From Candidatus Syntropharchaeum butanivorans (GTDB taxonomy: Archaea > Halobacteriota > Syntropharchaeia > Syntropharchaeales > Syntropharchaeaceae): a DNA stretch of 64,000 nucleotides. Position 1 is the first letter of the stretch. Each line of letters opens with the position of its first letter. Below, piece after piece: positions 12,406 to 22,587 of the stretch. Location: contig LYOR01000001.1 in the NCBI GenBank assembly GCA_001766825.1, positions 159,746-223,745 of the forward strand. The letters are read 5' to 3'. A model generated the notes under the pieces. It did not search any database. It was not told where the DNA came from and saw nothing but the letters and a program-made list of their open reading frames with translations. A program made the translations under genes and the position numbers.

Positions 12406-13167
12406 CTACTCTATATATTTACATCTTCCCTTGAGGCGTTTCTTCCTGAGAAACTCCTCCATGTAAGAGACCAGTTCATCCCTGAGAACATCAAGCACCT
12501 GTTTCCTCCTCACAATCTCATTGACCTCATCCCTGTGCGTCTCAAATGAGTTCATCAATCCACGGTGAATGTTCTTGAGCATTGCCATATCCTCTGCCTC
12601 TCCTGTGGCGAGGGTGGTGTTTCCGAACCACAGCTCAGACCTCCCCCTTTTATCCCTGATCTGATACTTCATCTCCTCAAAGCCATAGATGCCCATCACA
12701 CGGTAGAACGCGTTCTGATATATAAATCGGACAAAGTTCTCCGTGATTGCGGGTGGCGTTTCTTCTTTTCGTAGATGGCCCATGTTATCTTCAACTTCCT
12801 TCTCGATGCGTTTGTAAAGGGATCTGCAGCTTGAGATATAATCCTCTGCAAGGCTTTTATACTTCAACCATCCTTCTTTGAGCTTTTTAGCCTTTGATCG
12901 CCATCCTCTGAGGTGATTTGTCATCAAATCCTCAAAAAGCCGCTTTTTCTCAACCTCCAGAATGAACTCGCTCTTTGATGTATCATAAAGCCATCGGGAC
13001 CGCTTTGAGATATGTATCTCCATCGAGAGATCGCTGATATGGATGTAGTACGGCTCTGGAAGGCCGATCGTATCTCGCCACTCCTTTATTATCTCATCAA
13101 GTTTCCGCTTATGCTCCCTCACCAGATCTTTTCTGCGACCCATCAGGGGTTTTAAAATCTCCACCAT
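12406..13167 (-). CDS. hypothetical protein (253 aa), charged/helical, no recognisable domain
   Basis: ORF lying 64 nt downstream of proB on the same strand. Lys/Glu/Arg-rich, with no TM segment. Confidence 0.55.
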   Translation of the reverse strand: MVEILKPLMGRRKDLVREHKRKLDEIIKEWRDTIGLPEPYYIHISDLSMEIHISKRSRWLYDTSKSEFILEVEKKRLFEDLMTNHLRGWRSKAKKLKEGWLKYKSLAEDYISSCRSLYKRIEKEVEDNMGHLRKEETPPAITENFVRFIYQNAFYRVMGIYGFEEMKYQIRDKRGRSELWFGNTTLATGEAEDMAMLKNIHRGLMNSFETHRDEVNEIVRRKQVLDVLRDELVSYMEEFLRKKRLKGRCKYIE

Positions 13168-13231
13168 AGATAAACCTATTCTTTCTGGTGTGGTGAAGAA
13201 ATAATGGACTCAGGGGTATGAAATAGATTTT

Positions 13232-14026
13232 TCAGGTCTCATCTACAGAGAATAATGTTCCGATCTCATCGCCCTCAACAATTCTCCTGATCACGTTCGT
13301 CTCTTTACCATTTGCGATCACAAGGTTGCATCCAGCTTCCATACAGATCTTTGCAGCATTGATCTTTGTTTTCATACCCCCGACAGCAAGCTTGGACGCA
13401 GTCATATCGGCCATCTTCTCAATCTCTGGCGTTATCTCTCTGACAGTCCTTATCAATCTCACATCACCTTCATTTCTTGGATTGGCATTGTATAACCCAT
13501 CGACATCAGTCAGGATTATGAGAAGATCTGCATTCATCGCCACTGCAACCATCGCTGATAGCTTGTCGTTATCCCCGAAGGTATCGCCTATCTCGTCTGT
13601 TGCAACCACATCGTTTTCATTGATGATGGGAGTCACATTAAGCCTCAGAAGCTCATTTATCCCATTTCTGAGGTTTTTATACTTCGTTTCATCTCTGAAG
13701 TCATCATAGGTCAGAAGTATCTGAGCAACAATCCCCCCATAGTGCTCAAACGCACGATGATAAGCCTCCATGACCTTGCTCTGTCCAATAGCAGCACAAA
13801 CCTGTCTCATAACAATTTCAGAAGGCCTCTGAGAGAGCGAAAGCTCATTACATCCCAGTCCGATCGCACCTGAGGTAACGACGATAAACTGCCTCCCCCC
13901 TTTCTTAAGCTCACAGATCTGCCCTGCAATATCCTCAATTAGCCCATAGTTAAGCCCGCCATTTTCCCTGGAAAGTGTATTCGTCCCTATCTTTACAACA
14001 ACCCGATCCGTTTTGAGTGACCTCAT
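13232..14026 (-). CDS. proB: glutamate 5-kinase (short form, no PUA domain)
   Basis: 264 aa. Contains VVVKIGTNTL, VVTSGAIGLG and ENDVVATDEIGDTFGDNDKLSA. Overlaps proA by 4 nt. Confidence 0.85.
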   Translation of the reverse strand: MRSLKTDRVVVKIGTNTLSRENGGLNYGLIEDIAGQICELKKGGRQFIVVTSGAIGLGCNELSLSQRPSEIVMRQVCAAIGQSKVMEAYHRAFEHYGGIVAQILLTYDDFRDETKYKNLRNGINELLRLNVTPIINENDVVATDEIGDTFGDNDKLSAMVAVAMNADLLIILTDVDGLYNANPRNEGDVRLIRTVREITPEIEKMADMTASKLAVGGMKTKINAAKICMEAGCNLVIANGKETNVIRRIVEGDEIGTLFSVDET

Positions 14027-15321
14027 ACAAGTCGCCGATGGGTGAACTTTTTCCTGCCCTCTACGTAGTCCTCTACAACCTGTCCATTCCCTATCAACTT
14101 GTACTTATAGATTGTAAGCCCATCAAGCCCCACAGGACCCCTTGCATGGATTTTATTCGTCGATATACCAACCTCTGCCCCAAATCCATACCTGTAGCCG
14201 TCAGAGAACCTGGTGGAGCAGTTCCACATCACCGAAGATGAGTCAACCTCGTTGAGAAATCGTTCAGCCGCACGCTCATCTGCTGTCACAATCGCATCGG
14301 TGTGATGGCTACCGTACCTGTTTATATGATCGATCGCATCATCGAGTGAGTCAACGACCTTTATCGATAGTATGAGATCATTGTATTCGGTAACCCAGTC
14401 CTCATCTGTGGCCTCAGCACACTCGATTATCGCTCTAACGCGCTCATCGCCGCGAATTTCAACCCCCTGCTCATCATATCGAGTCTTGATAGCAGCCAGA
14501 AACGCATCCGCGATGGCACTATGCACAAGGAGCGTCTCCATTGCGTTACACACTGCAGCATACTGGCACTTTGCATCAAAGGCAATATCAACCGCCATCT
14601 TCAGGTCTGCATCCTTGTCCACATAGACATGGCAGATCCCATCTGAATGCCCCAGTACAGGGATCTTCGTGTTCTCCTGGATGTATCTGACGAGCGTATT
14701 CGATCCCCTCGGGATCATGAGGTCGATGTACTCATCAAGCTTCAAAAGCTCACGCACATCCTCTCTTGTCTCAACAAGCTGAATTGCGTCTTTGAAGATC
14801 GCATCCTCCTCGATCGCATCTTTTATCAGGTTGAAAAGGACTCTATTGCTGTTTTTAGCTTCAGAACCCCCTTTAAGGATGGCGGCATTCCCTGATTTCA
14901 GACACAGGGTTGAGATCTGGACGAGTGCATCAGGGCGAGACTCAAAGATTACACCGATTAAACCGATCGGGGTGGATACCTTGTAGAGCGTGAGTGACTC
15001 GTCAAGCTCGGTTGTCATAAGAACCTTCCCGACCGGGTCTTCGAGCCCGATCACAGAACGAACACCCTCAATTATGTCGTCTATCTTCTTATCACTGAGC
15101 TCAAGTCTTTTAATCAACGAAGGAGTGAGGTTTGCCTTCTTAGCCTCCTTGACATCCATCTCGTTAGCCTCAAGTATATCGCCCCTGTTCTCATCCAGAT
15201 TGCGGGCTATACGCTCAAGAGCGTTGTTCTTTGCATCTGTTGAGGCGGACGCAAGCCTCAACGCAGCTTCTCTTCCCAGCTTTGCCTGTTCCTCTATCGA
15301 CATCTCTATCCATCCAATCAA
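14023..15321 (-). CDS. proA: glutamate-5-semialdehyde dehydrogenase
   Basis: 432 aa. Contains FESRPDA, ILKGGSEA, CNAMETLLVH and STRFSDG blocks (aldehyde dehydrogenase fold, ProA pattern). Confidence 0.85.
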   Translation of the reverse strand: MIGWIEMSIEEQAKLGREAALRLASASTDAKNNALERIARNLDENRGDILEANEMDVKEAKKANLTPSLIKRLELSDKKIDDIIEGVRSVIGLEDPVGKVLMTTELDESLTLYKVSTPIGLIGVIFESRPDALVQISTLCLKSGNAAILKGGSEAKNSNRVLFNLIKDAIEEDAIFKDAIQLVETREDVRELLKLDEYIDLMIPRGSNTLVRYIQENTKIPVLGHSDGICHVYVDKDADLKMAVDIAFDAKCQYAAVCNAMETLLVHSAIADAFLAAIKTRYDEQGVEIRGDERVRAIIECAEATDEDWVTEYNDLILSIKVVDSLDDAIDHINRYGSHHTDAIVTADERAAERFLNEVDSSSVMWNCSTRFSDGYRYGFGAEVGISTNKIHARGPVGLDGLTIYKYKLIGNGQVVEDYVEGRKKFTHRRLV

Positions 15322-15357
15322 ACCATCTCGATGCTTAAAAAACTTGCGTAAATAAGA

Positions 15358-15705
15358 TCAATCGAAACCGTCCAGTGCCTCCATAAGCTCTGTGAATGTG
15401 AAAGGCTTCTTCAAAAAGACGGCAGCACCGAGCCTCATCGCCTCATCCTCAATTGATGCGTCTGCACTGGCAAATATTATCTTTGTCCCGGGATGAATAC
15501 GAAGCATCTCCCTCATCACATCAAGCCCATTCTTTCGCGGCATCCGATAATCGATGATGGCAAAATCCGGCTTTGGGTCGAGTGATCGAAAGATCTCCAG
15601 GCCTTCCACGCCATCACTTGCTGCACCGATGACATCATACCCTCCCACCTCAAGCAGATCAATGTAGAGATGCCTGATCATCTCCTCATCATCGATGATG
15701 AGCAC
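15358..15705 (-). CDS. single-domain response regulator (CheY-like receiver)
   Basis: 115 aa. LIIDDEE, the phospho-acceptor context AIIDYRMP, and FLKKPF at the C-terminus. Confidence 0.8.
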   Translation of the reverse strand: MLIIDDEEMIRHLYIDLLEVGGYDVIGAASDGVEGLEIFRSLDPKPDFAIIDYRMPRKNGLDVMREMLRIHPGTKIIFASADASIEDEAMRLGAAVFLKKPFTFTELMEALDGFD

Positions 15706-15874
15706 CGTCGCCGTTATCTTCCCCTCCTGTAATAATACAGGATTTTAGAGGCCTAATAAGTAATATAAAGTGATGATATATATAGTTTTATGTGTAATCG
15801 CCATGAGTGCATGCTGCCTTGATGGGATAAGTATATTAACCAATATGAAGAAAAGTAAGTAAAAGGGGGGAAGA

Positions 15875-16717
15875 ATGGCGAAGCAACGAATTCACACCAC
15901 GATCGATGATGAGGCCTATCGAATTCTCAAGAAGTATGAGGATATATGGGGCGGAAAGAACGTGGTGCTTGAGACCGCACTGAAGCGGCTCGATCAGGGG
16001 TATAGGGCAAAGCTTGATATAAGGTCTTATGAGAAGATCGGGCGCAAGAGCACCGGCATCCCGACGCTTGATGAGATGATCGAGGGAGGTATCCCAAAGA
16101 ACTTCCTCGTTGTCGTGACAGGCCCTCCCGGGACAGGTAAGACCACACTCGGGATGCAGTTTCTGGTTGAAGGTATCAGAAATGGTGAAAGAGGAATATT
16201 CTTCTCCTATGAGGAGGATGCAGAGCAGCTTGCAAATCACTGTCTCAGGTTTGGATGGAACCTCCGGGAATTTGTGGAGGAAGGCCATCTCCAGCTTTTC
16301 GGCCTCACGATGCTCACGGTAAACGATGTCATCGAGGTGGTGGAAGAGTACAGACCCTCAAGGATCGTCATAGATTCAATCAACCTCCTCACCGATTTTG
16401 GCCCATCCCCCGCGGTGAGGGGAAACTCGATGCTCAGAAACCTCGTCAGGCTTTTGAAACGCAAGCGTATCACCACGATCATCACCACGGAAAAATCACA
16501 CGGGCTTGAAAAGAAGGAGTTTGACCAGTACGACTTCATGGGGGATGGTTTGATCTTTCTTGATCGAGTGAGTGTGAACGACCTTGACGTCTTTCTCATC
16601 AAGGTCCAGAAGATGAGGGGGACGAAGATCAATGGACAGACGAAGGTATTTGAGATGACGGATAAAGGGATCGTTATATCACTCGACTTCAGTCCGGGGA
16701 TATTCGATATAAGGTAA
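15875..16717 (+). CDS. KaiC/RecA-superfamily ATPase with an N-terminal ribbon-helix-helix-like segment
   Basis: 280 aa. TGIPTLDEMIEGGIPKNFLVVVTGPPGTGKTTLGMQF is a KaiC-type Walker A. The first ~40 aa (RIHTTIDDEAYRILKKYEDIWGGKNVVLETALKRL) look like an RHH/CopG fold. Confidence 0.7.
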   Translation: MAKQRIHTTIDDEAYRILKKYEDIWGGKNVVLETALKRLDQGYRAKLDIRSYEKIGRKSTGIPTLDEMIEGGIPKNFLVVVTGPPGTGKTTLGMQFLVEGIRNGERGIFFSYEEDAEQLANHCLRFGWNLREFVEEGHLQLFGLTMLTVNDVIEVVEEYRPSRIVIDSINLLTDFGPSPAVRGNSMLRNLVRLLKRKRITTIITTEKSHGLEKKEFDQYDFMGDGLIFLDRVSVNDLDVFLIKVQKMRGTKINGQTKVFEMTDKGIVISLDFSPGIFDIR

Positions 16718-16829
16718 CTGGAACCTTTTTTTTCAGCCTGCCCCCCTATCATGAGCCATCCCGGAAAGCGGGCAAAGTTCATAAACTCCAAAAGCATCTT
16801 CCAGATAGAACCTGGGTGAGGCTTTAAAT

Positions 16830-17966
16830 ATGCTTGGGAACACGTTTGGAAGGGTATTCAGGGTTACAACCTGTGGTGAGTCATATGGAGCTGCGCTTCT
16901 TACTATCGTTGATGGCGTACCACCGGGGCTTAAGCTCACGAATGAGATGATACAGGAGGAGCTTGATAAGCGAAGGCCCGGGCAAAGTGAGCTTGATTCT
17001 CCACGTAAGGAGACAGATAAGGTCGAGATTGTGGCCGGGCTTAACCAGGAGGGGTACACCTCTGGGGCACCGGTTGGTATGGTGGTATACAACGTGGATA
17101 GGCAGGATATCCACATTCAGCAGTACCGGGATGTTAAAGATGTGATAAGACCAGGGCATGCAGAGTACACGTTCTTTGTCAAGTACGGTGGATTTGCGGA
17201 TTGGTGTGGGGCTGGCAGGGCAAGTGGCAGAGAGACTGTTGGAAGGGTTGCAGCCGGTGCTGTTGCAAAACAGATCCTTCTCAGAGAGGGAATCGAGGTA
17301 CTCGGGTATGTCAAGGAGAGTTATGGGATAAGGGCAAGAGAAATGACGTTCGAAGAGATCAAGGCAAACTATCGCAAGAATGAGCTCAACTGTCCTGACC
17401 CTGAGGCAGCCGAGAAGATGATCGAGAAGATTCTTGAGGTCAAAGCAGCAGGTGATACATGCGGTGGAATCGTGGAGGTCATAGCAAGAGGTGTACCACC
17501 GGGGCTTGGTGAACCGGTCTTTGACAAGCTCAAAGCGACGATTGCGCACGGTCTCATCTCGATCGGTGCCGTTATGGGTGTTGAGTTTGGAGCAGGTTTT
17601 GAGGCTGCGAGGATGAAGGGATCTGAGTTCAATGACACACCGTACATCGAAAACGGTAAGGTCAGGTTCAGAACGAACAGGGCCGGTGGATTTTTGGGCG
17701 GCATATCAAACGGCGAGGATATCGTTGTCAGAATCGCTGTTAAGCCCACCCCAACGCTTTCACTTCCACAGGAGACGGTTAATATCAGGACAATGGAGCC
17801 CACAACCCTTGCTGCAATCACAAGAAGGGATGCAACGATCTGCCCGAGGATATACCCTGTTGCAGAGGCGATGGTAAGAATCGCGATAACAGATGCGCTC
17901 ATGATGGCAAGGGGGTATGAAGGGCTGACAGAGAAGGATGAGATCTGGAGGCGGTTGCGAGAATGA
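16830..17966 (+). CDS. aroC: chorismate synthase
   Basis: 378 aa. Contains GNTFGRVFRVTTCGESYG, RRPGQS and GRASGRETV. Confidence 0.9.
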   Translation: MLGNTFGRVFRVTTCGESYGAALLTIVDGVPPGLKLTNEMIQEELDKRRPGQSELDSPRKETDKVEIVAGLNQEGYTSGAPVGMVVYNVDRQDIHIQQYRDVKDVIRPGHAEYTFFVKYGGFADWCGAGRASGRETVGRVAAGAVAKQILLREGIEVLGYVKESYGIRAREMTFEEIKANYRKNELNCPDPEAAEKMIEKILEVKAAGDTCGGIVEVIARGVPPGLGEPVFDKLKATIAHGLISIGAVMGVEFGAGFEAARMKGSEFNDTPYIENGKVRFRTNRAGGFLGGISNGEDIVVRIAVKPTPTLSLPQETVNIRTMEPTTLAAITRRDATICPRIYPVAEAMVRIAITDALMMARGYEGLTEKDEIWRRLRE

Positions 17967-19198
17967 GGGTACGCATCGCCCGTGGAAAGCGGATCTATGA
18001 AGGCATCCTGATGCCAGGTGTCACGGATCATCTTGTGATCAAGCTTGATAACGGGTATAACATAGGTTTGAAGCGGGATAAGGTTGAAATTCTTGCGTCA
18101 TGGGAGGAAAAAGGAGTAAACAGGCCTCCGGATGAAAAGCCAGGGTATGACCCGTCGCTTCCAGATCTTGTAATCCTGTCCACAGGTGGTACAATCGCAT
18201 GCAGGGTGGACTACAGGACGGGCGCGGTAACAAGCCAGTTCACGGCAGATGAGATCCTCAAGGCCATTCCAGAGCTCAAAGAGATTGCAAACTTCGAGGC
18301 AGAGGTTGTCTACAACATTCTCAGCGAGAATATGAGGGCGTCATACTGGATCGAACTTGCCAGAAAGACCTTTGATAAGATCAAGAAAGGTGCAGATGGT
18401 ATCGTTATTACCCATGGGACGGATACACTCGGGTTTACAGCAGCCGCACTCGCGTTCATGGTCCGGACACCGGTTCCGATCGTGCTTGTAGGATCACAGC
18501 GCAGTGCAGATAGGCCATCGAGTGATAGTACGATGAACGCATGCTGTGCTGCGAAGGTTGCCACCTCGGATATCGCAGAGGTCGTCTGTGTGATGCATGG
18601 CTCGACATCTGATGATTTCTGCCTGATACACAGGGGTGTGAAGGTTCGCAAGATGCACACATCCCGCCGGGATGCATTCAGATCGATCAACGCAAACCCG
18701 ATAGGGCGGGTGAGCTACCCTGATCTCAGGATAGAGATATGCGGGCCCCACCTGAAACCGGGTGATGTTGAGCCTGCACTTTATGATGGACTTGAGCAAC
18801 GGTGTGCGCTTGTCAAGTACTACCCCGGGGCAGATCCTGAGATCCTTGACTTTTACAGGGAGAAAGGATACAGGGGGATTGTTATAGAGGGGACCGGACT
18901 TGGTCACACATCAAAGCTCTGGTTTGATCCGATAAAGCGGCTTGTGGATGAGGGAGTTGTGGTCGTGATGACCTCGCAGTGTCTCTATGGAAGGGTCTGT
19001 GACAGGGTCTATGACACCGGTCGTGACCTTCTCAAGCTCGGAGTTATTGAGGGAGAGGATATGCTCCCTGAAGTCGCGCTCATAAAGCTTATGTGGGTCT
19101 TGAATCGAGAAGATGATCCCGAAAAGGTTTCACAGCTGATGAAAACAAACTTGGTTGGGGAGATTACAGATTCAACAGATATCTTTGGAGGGTTTTAA
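17963..19198 (+). CDS. gatD: Glu-tRNA(Gln) amidotransferase subunit D
   Basis: 411 aa. N-terminal GatD-specific domain followed by the asparaginase fold (ILSTGGTIA, ITHGTDTL). Overlaps aroC by 4 nt. Confidence 0.85.
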   Translation: MRVRIARGKRIYEGILMPGVTDHLVIKLDNGYNIGLKRDKVEILASWEEKGVNRPPDEKPGYDPSLPDLVILSTGGTIACRVDYRTGAVTSQFTADEILKAIPELKEIANFEAEVVYNILSENMRASYWIELARKTFDKIKKGADGIVITHGTDTLGFTAAALAFMVRTPVPIVLVGSQRSADRPSSDSTMNACCAAKVATSDIAEVVCVMHGSTSDDFCLIHRGVKVRKMHTSRRDAFRSINANPIGRVSYPDLRIEICGPHLKPGDVEPALYDGLEQRCALVKYYPGADPEILDFYREKGYRGIVIEGTGLGHTSKLWFDPIKRLVDEGVVVVMTSQCLYGRVCDRVYDTGRDLLKLGVIEGEDMLPEVALIKLMWVLNREDDPEKVSQLMKTNLVGEITDSTDIFGGF

Positions 19199-19542
19199 TG
19201 GAGGAGGAAACCAGAGCGCGGGAGAAATCTGAGGTGAGAGCTGTCAGGTTCAGCATATCCGAGGATAAAATGATTGGTGTGTACTCAAACGTCGCGAGGA
19301 TCACACATAGCCTCCATGACTTCACGATCGATTTTGGTACATTCATACCTGAGAAGGATACATTCGAGATCCTGGCGAGGATAAAACTCAGCCCAAGCCA
19401 TGCAAAGGTATTTTTGCAGGCTCTCAGGGAGAACGTGGCGAGTTATGAGAAGAAGTTTGGAGCAATAAATGTAGGCAGTGCCGGTGGGTATGAATCCGGG
19501 CAAGAGGAGCAGAAGAAGGAGGATCTTACCTACATCGGCTGA
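19198..19542 (+). CDS. DUF3467-like small protein
   Basis: 114 aa. The GVYSNVARITHSLHDFTIDFG core matches my memory of DUF3467. The ATG overlaps the gatD stop. Confidence 0.55.
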   Translation: MEEETRAREKSEVRAVRFSISEDKMIGVYSNVARITHSLHDFTIDFGTFIPEKDTFEILARIKLSPSHAKVFLQALRENVASYEKKFGAINVGSAGGYESGQEEQKKEDLTYIG

Positions 19543-19547
19543 AGGGA

Positions 19548-20909
19548 TTGATGAAGCTTCCAAGAATTCTATTTGCAGGATCAGGAAGTGGGGTTGGTAA
19601 AACCGTAATCACAACCGGGATTATGGCAGCCCTGAAAGCGAGGGGGCTTGCGGTTCAGGGATACAAGGTTGGGCCTGATTATATCGATCCCGGGTATCAC
19701 AGGGAGGCCACATCCAATCCCTCGAGAAACCTTGATAGCTACCTGATGAAACCCCAGACGATACGGGAGATATTCCTAAGAAACAGTATAGGAAAGGATA
19801 TATCGATCATAGAGGGGGTAAGGGGCCTTTTTGAGGGGGTTTCTATCCAGGATGAGGTGGGAAGCACATCACACATCGCAAAGATCCTGGAAGCCCCTGT
19901 GATACTGATCGTGAATGCGAGAAGTATCACAAAAAGTGCTGCAGCAATCGTGGAGGGCTTCAGATCTTTTGACAGGGATGTCAGGATAAAGGGTGTGATT
20001 CTGAACAACATCGCGGGAGAGGGGCATAAGAGGAAGGCCGTATCCGCGGTTGAGAATTTCTGTGGAGTTGAGGTCCTGGGTGCAATCCCGAGAGATGAGA
20101 GGATGAAAATGCGTGACAGGCACCTCGGGCTGATACCGATGGTTGAGTCAAGGATCAGACTTGATGGTGTACGCTCGGTGATTGAAGAGTCTGTAGAGCT
20201 TGATCGAATCGTCAGGATCGCAGAAGATGCACCCCCTGTGGAGGTGGACGATCCGGTCATATTTTTAAGACAAAAAGAGGTTGATGATACGGTTTTCAGG
20301 GTGGGTGTTGCATACGATGATGCGTTTAACTTCTACTACGAGGACTCACTCGATCTCCTGCGGATTAACCGTTGTGAGCCGATTTTCTTCAGCCCACTCA
20401 ATGACCAAGAGCCCCCTGAGCTTGATGGACTTTACCTCGGGGGAGGGTATCCTGAGGTCTTTGCAGAGAGGCTTGCATCAAATGAACGAATGCTTAAGGC
20501 CATTAAGAAGCTTCTTGATGATGGAATCCCCACGATCGCTGAGTGTGGTGGGCTGATATACCTTGGAGAACGGCTTTGTGGGTCAAAGGGTGTGGGGTTT
20601 CTCCCTATCGAGTCTAAGATGGGCAGAAGGTATGTAAAACTCACGGAGGCAGAGACGATCCGTGAATCGGTGATACTTGGCCGTGGCGAGAGGGTGCGAG
20701 GGCATGAGTTCCATTACACCGTGATCGAGAACCCTCCAGCCGATCTCAGGTTTGCATACAGGATGCTCAGAGGAGATGGGATCGATGGAGAACACGATGG
20801 CATCCTGCAGGAGAGGGTACTTGCCTCATACATGCACCTTCACTTTGCATCAAAACCTGAGATGGTTCTTCGGTTCAGGAAAGAGATGAGAAGGTTCAGG
20901 AGAAGATAA
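19548..20909 (+). CDS. a,c-diamide synthase (cobyrinate CbiA / Ni-sirohydrochlorin CfbB family)
   Basis: 453 aa. Contains GSGSGVGKTVITTGIMAAL, GPDYIDPGYH and the C-terminal glutamine amidotransferase block ECGGLIYL. CbiA and CfbB cannot be separated by eye. Confidence 0.75.
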   Translation: MMKLPRILFAGSGSGVGKTVITTGIMAALKARGLAVQGYKVGPDYIDPGYHREATSNPSRNLDSYLMKPQTIREIFLRNSIGKDISIIEGVRGLFEGVSIQDEVGSTSHIAKILEAPVILIVNARSITKSAAAIVEGFRSFDRDVRIKGVILNNIAGEGHKRKAVSAVENFCGVEVLGAIPRDERMKMRDRHLGLIPMVESRIRLDGVRSVIEESVELDRIVRIAEDAPPVEVDDPVIFLRQKEVDDTVFRVGVAYDDAFNFYYEDSLDLLRINRCEPIFFSPLNDQEPPELDGLYLGGGYPEVFAERLASNERMLKAIKKLLDDGIPTIAECGGLIYLGERLCGSKGVGFLPIESKMGRRYVKLTEAETIRESVILGRGERVRGHEFHYTVIENPPADLRFAYRMLRGDGIDGEHDGILQERVLASYMHLHFASKPEMVLRFRKEMRRFRRR

Positions 20910-20919
20910 CCGGCAGGAT

Positions 20920-21972
20920 CTATGGGAAAAGACCGGGGACCATAAGCCCCATCCTCTCATCCAGCCCAAACATTAGGTTCATGTTCTGGACCGCCTGACC
21001 GGATGCACCCTTGACAAGGTTGTCAATTGCAGAGATCACAACAAGGCGGTCTGATCCCTCTTCAAGCTCAAAACCAATATCACAGAAGTTGGAGCCCCTG
21101 ACAGATGCAAGGTCAGGAATCCCCCCCACCCTCACAAACGGCTTATCATCGTAGAACCCATCAAAGATTGCCTCCACCTCATCCGGTTCTACCGGTTTTC
21201 TGAGAAGTATATGCGCGGTTGTCAAGATCCCACGGATGGCAGGGATAACATGTGGTGTAAAGCCAATTCTCGCTGGATCCAGCTCTCTCAGTTCCTGGGT
21301 CATCTCTGCATGGTGGCGATGCGTCGTGATCCGATATGGCTTTATGTTCTCTGCAAGGTTCGGGAAGTGAGACGTATTGGTGGGTTCAGCCCCGGCCCCT
21401 GATATGCCTGACTTCGCATCAAATATCACCCGATCAACAACCTCTGCCCTCACAAGCGGTGCTGCTGCAAGTATCGCGCCGGTCGGGTAGCATCCTGGAT
21501 TTGCAACAAGGTCAGCATCCCTTACATCTGGATGAAGCTCACAGAGACCATAAACAGCTCTTCGCCCGGGATCCCTGTGTTTGACACCATACACCTTCTC
21601 GTAAACCCGGGTATTGAGCCTGTAGTCAGCACTGAGATCTATCACCCTGCATCCTCGCCTCAGGATCTCTGGCACATACTCCATCGCTCGTGTATGGGGG
21701 ACTGCTGTGAAAACTATATCAGCACGGTTTGATATCGACTCAAGAGAGACATCCTCGAATTTCAGATCTGTGAGATGCATGAGATGGGGGAAGACGTCAC
21801 CGAGCCTCCTCCCTGCAAACCTCCTTGATGTTACAGCTGTGATCTCAACCTCAGGGTGGCTCAAGAGAATCCTCATAAGCTCAAGACCGGTGTATCCAGA
21901 ACCCCCGATGATACCGACCCTGATCATGTTTCCTCTATCAGACGGAGTAATATTTATATCCTCACGTGCCAA
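20920..21972 (-). CDS. argC: N-acetyl-gamma-glutamyl-phosphate reductase
   Basis: 350 aa. Contains GIIGGSGYTGLELMRILLSHPEV and NPGCYPTG (catalytic Cys). Confidence 0.88.
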   Translation of the reverse strand: MAREDINITPSDRGNMIRVGIIGGSGYTGLELMRILLSHPEVEITAVTSRRFAGRRLGDVFPHLMHLTDLKFEDVSLESISNRADIVFTAVPHTRAMEYVPEILRRGCRVIDLSADYRLNTRVYEKVYGVKHRDPGRRAVYGLCELHPDVRDADLVANPGCYPTGAILAAAPLVRAEVVDRVIFDAKSGISGAGAEPTNTSHFPNLAENIKPYRITTHRHHAEMTQELRELDPARIGFTPHVIPAIRGILTTAHILLRKPVEPDEVEAIFDGFYDDKPFVRVGGIPDLASVRGSNFCDIGFELEEGSDRLVVISAIDNLVKGASGQAVQNMNLMFGLDERMGLMVPGLFP

Positions 21973-21989
21973 GAGGGGGGTAGGTCTGT

Positions 21990-22265
21990 ATGAAGATTAC
22001 CCCTGATAATCTGATATATCATGAGCTTATCGGTCTGGATGTGGTGGTTGAGGATAATACCAACCCATCCATGATTGGAATCGCTGGTAAAGTCGTTGAT
22101 GAGACGCGAAACATGCTTGTGATAGAGGAGAACGGTGTTGAGAAGATGATACCAAAGTCACAATCGACCTTCCTCTTCCGTCTGCCTGATGGGCAGGGTG
22201 TGAGAGTAGAGGGAAGGTTGATTCTCGCAAGACCAGAAGATAGGACTGGAAAGCTGAGGAGATAG
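21990..22265 (+). CDS. rnp1: RNase P protein component 1 (Rpp29/Pop4)
   Basis: 91 aa. [35 protein letters not shown] is the Rpp29 Sm-like core. It sits directly before rps17, as in archaeal spc-type clusters. Confidence 0.8.
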   Translation: MKITPDNLIYHELIGLDVVVEDNTNPSMIGIAGKVVDETRNMLVIEENGVEKMIPKSQSTFLFRLPDGQGVRVEGRLILARPEDRTGKLRR

Positions 22266-22266
22266 T

Positions 22267-22587
22267 ATGCCAAGAGATATAGGAATTGATGTTACCCCAC
22301 CGGAAAAAGAGTGTACAGATCAGAACTGTCCATTTCATGGTAAACTCAGTGTCAGGGGCCAGATACTGGAAGGGAAGGTCATAAGCAGTAAGATGGATAA
22401 GACTGTTGTTGTTGAACGGGAGTATCTCAGGAAGATAGGGAAGTACGAGCGGTATGAGCGGCGTAGATCGACACTTCACGCCCACAATCCTTCCTGCATT
22501 GACGCAAGGGAGGGAGATACTGTCAAGATTGCAGAATGTAGACCCCTGAGTAAGACGAAGAAGTTTGTAGTGATTGAGAGAATATGA
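22267..22587 (+). CDS. rps17: 30S ribosomal protein S17 (uS17)
   Basis: 106 aa. Contains CPFHG...VRG and [19 protein letters not shown]. Confidence 0.9.
   Translation: MPRDIGIDVTPPEKECTDQNCPFHGKLSVRGQILEGKVISSKMDKTVVVEREYLRKIGKYERYERRRSTLHAHNPSCIDAREGDTVKIAECRPLSKTKKFVVIERI

Noticed and set aside
16237-18031. Long antisense ORFs (186, 222 and 220 aa) opposite the KaiC-like and aroC genes
   Set aside because: They are opposite strongly motif-supported genes. Their translations are Ser/Pro/Leu-rich without recognisable domains, which is typical shadow-ORF behaviour.
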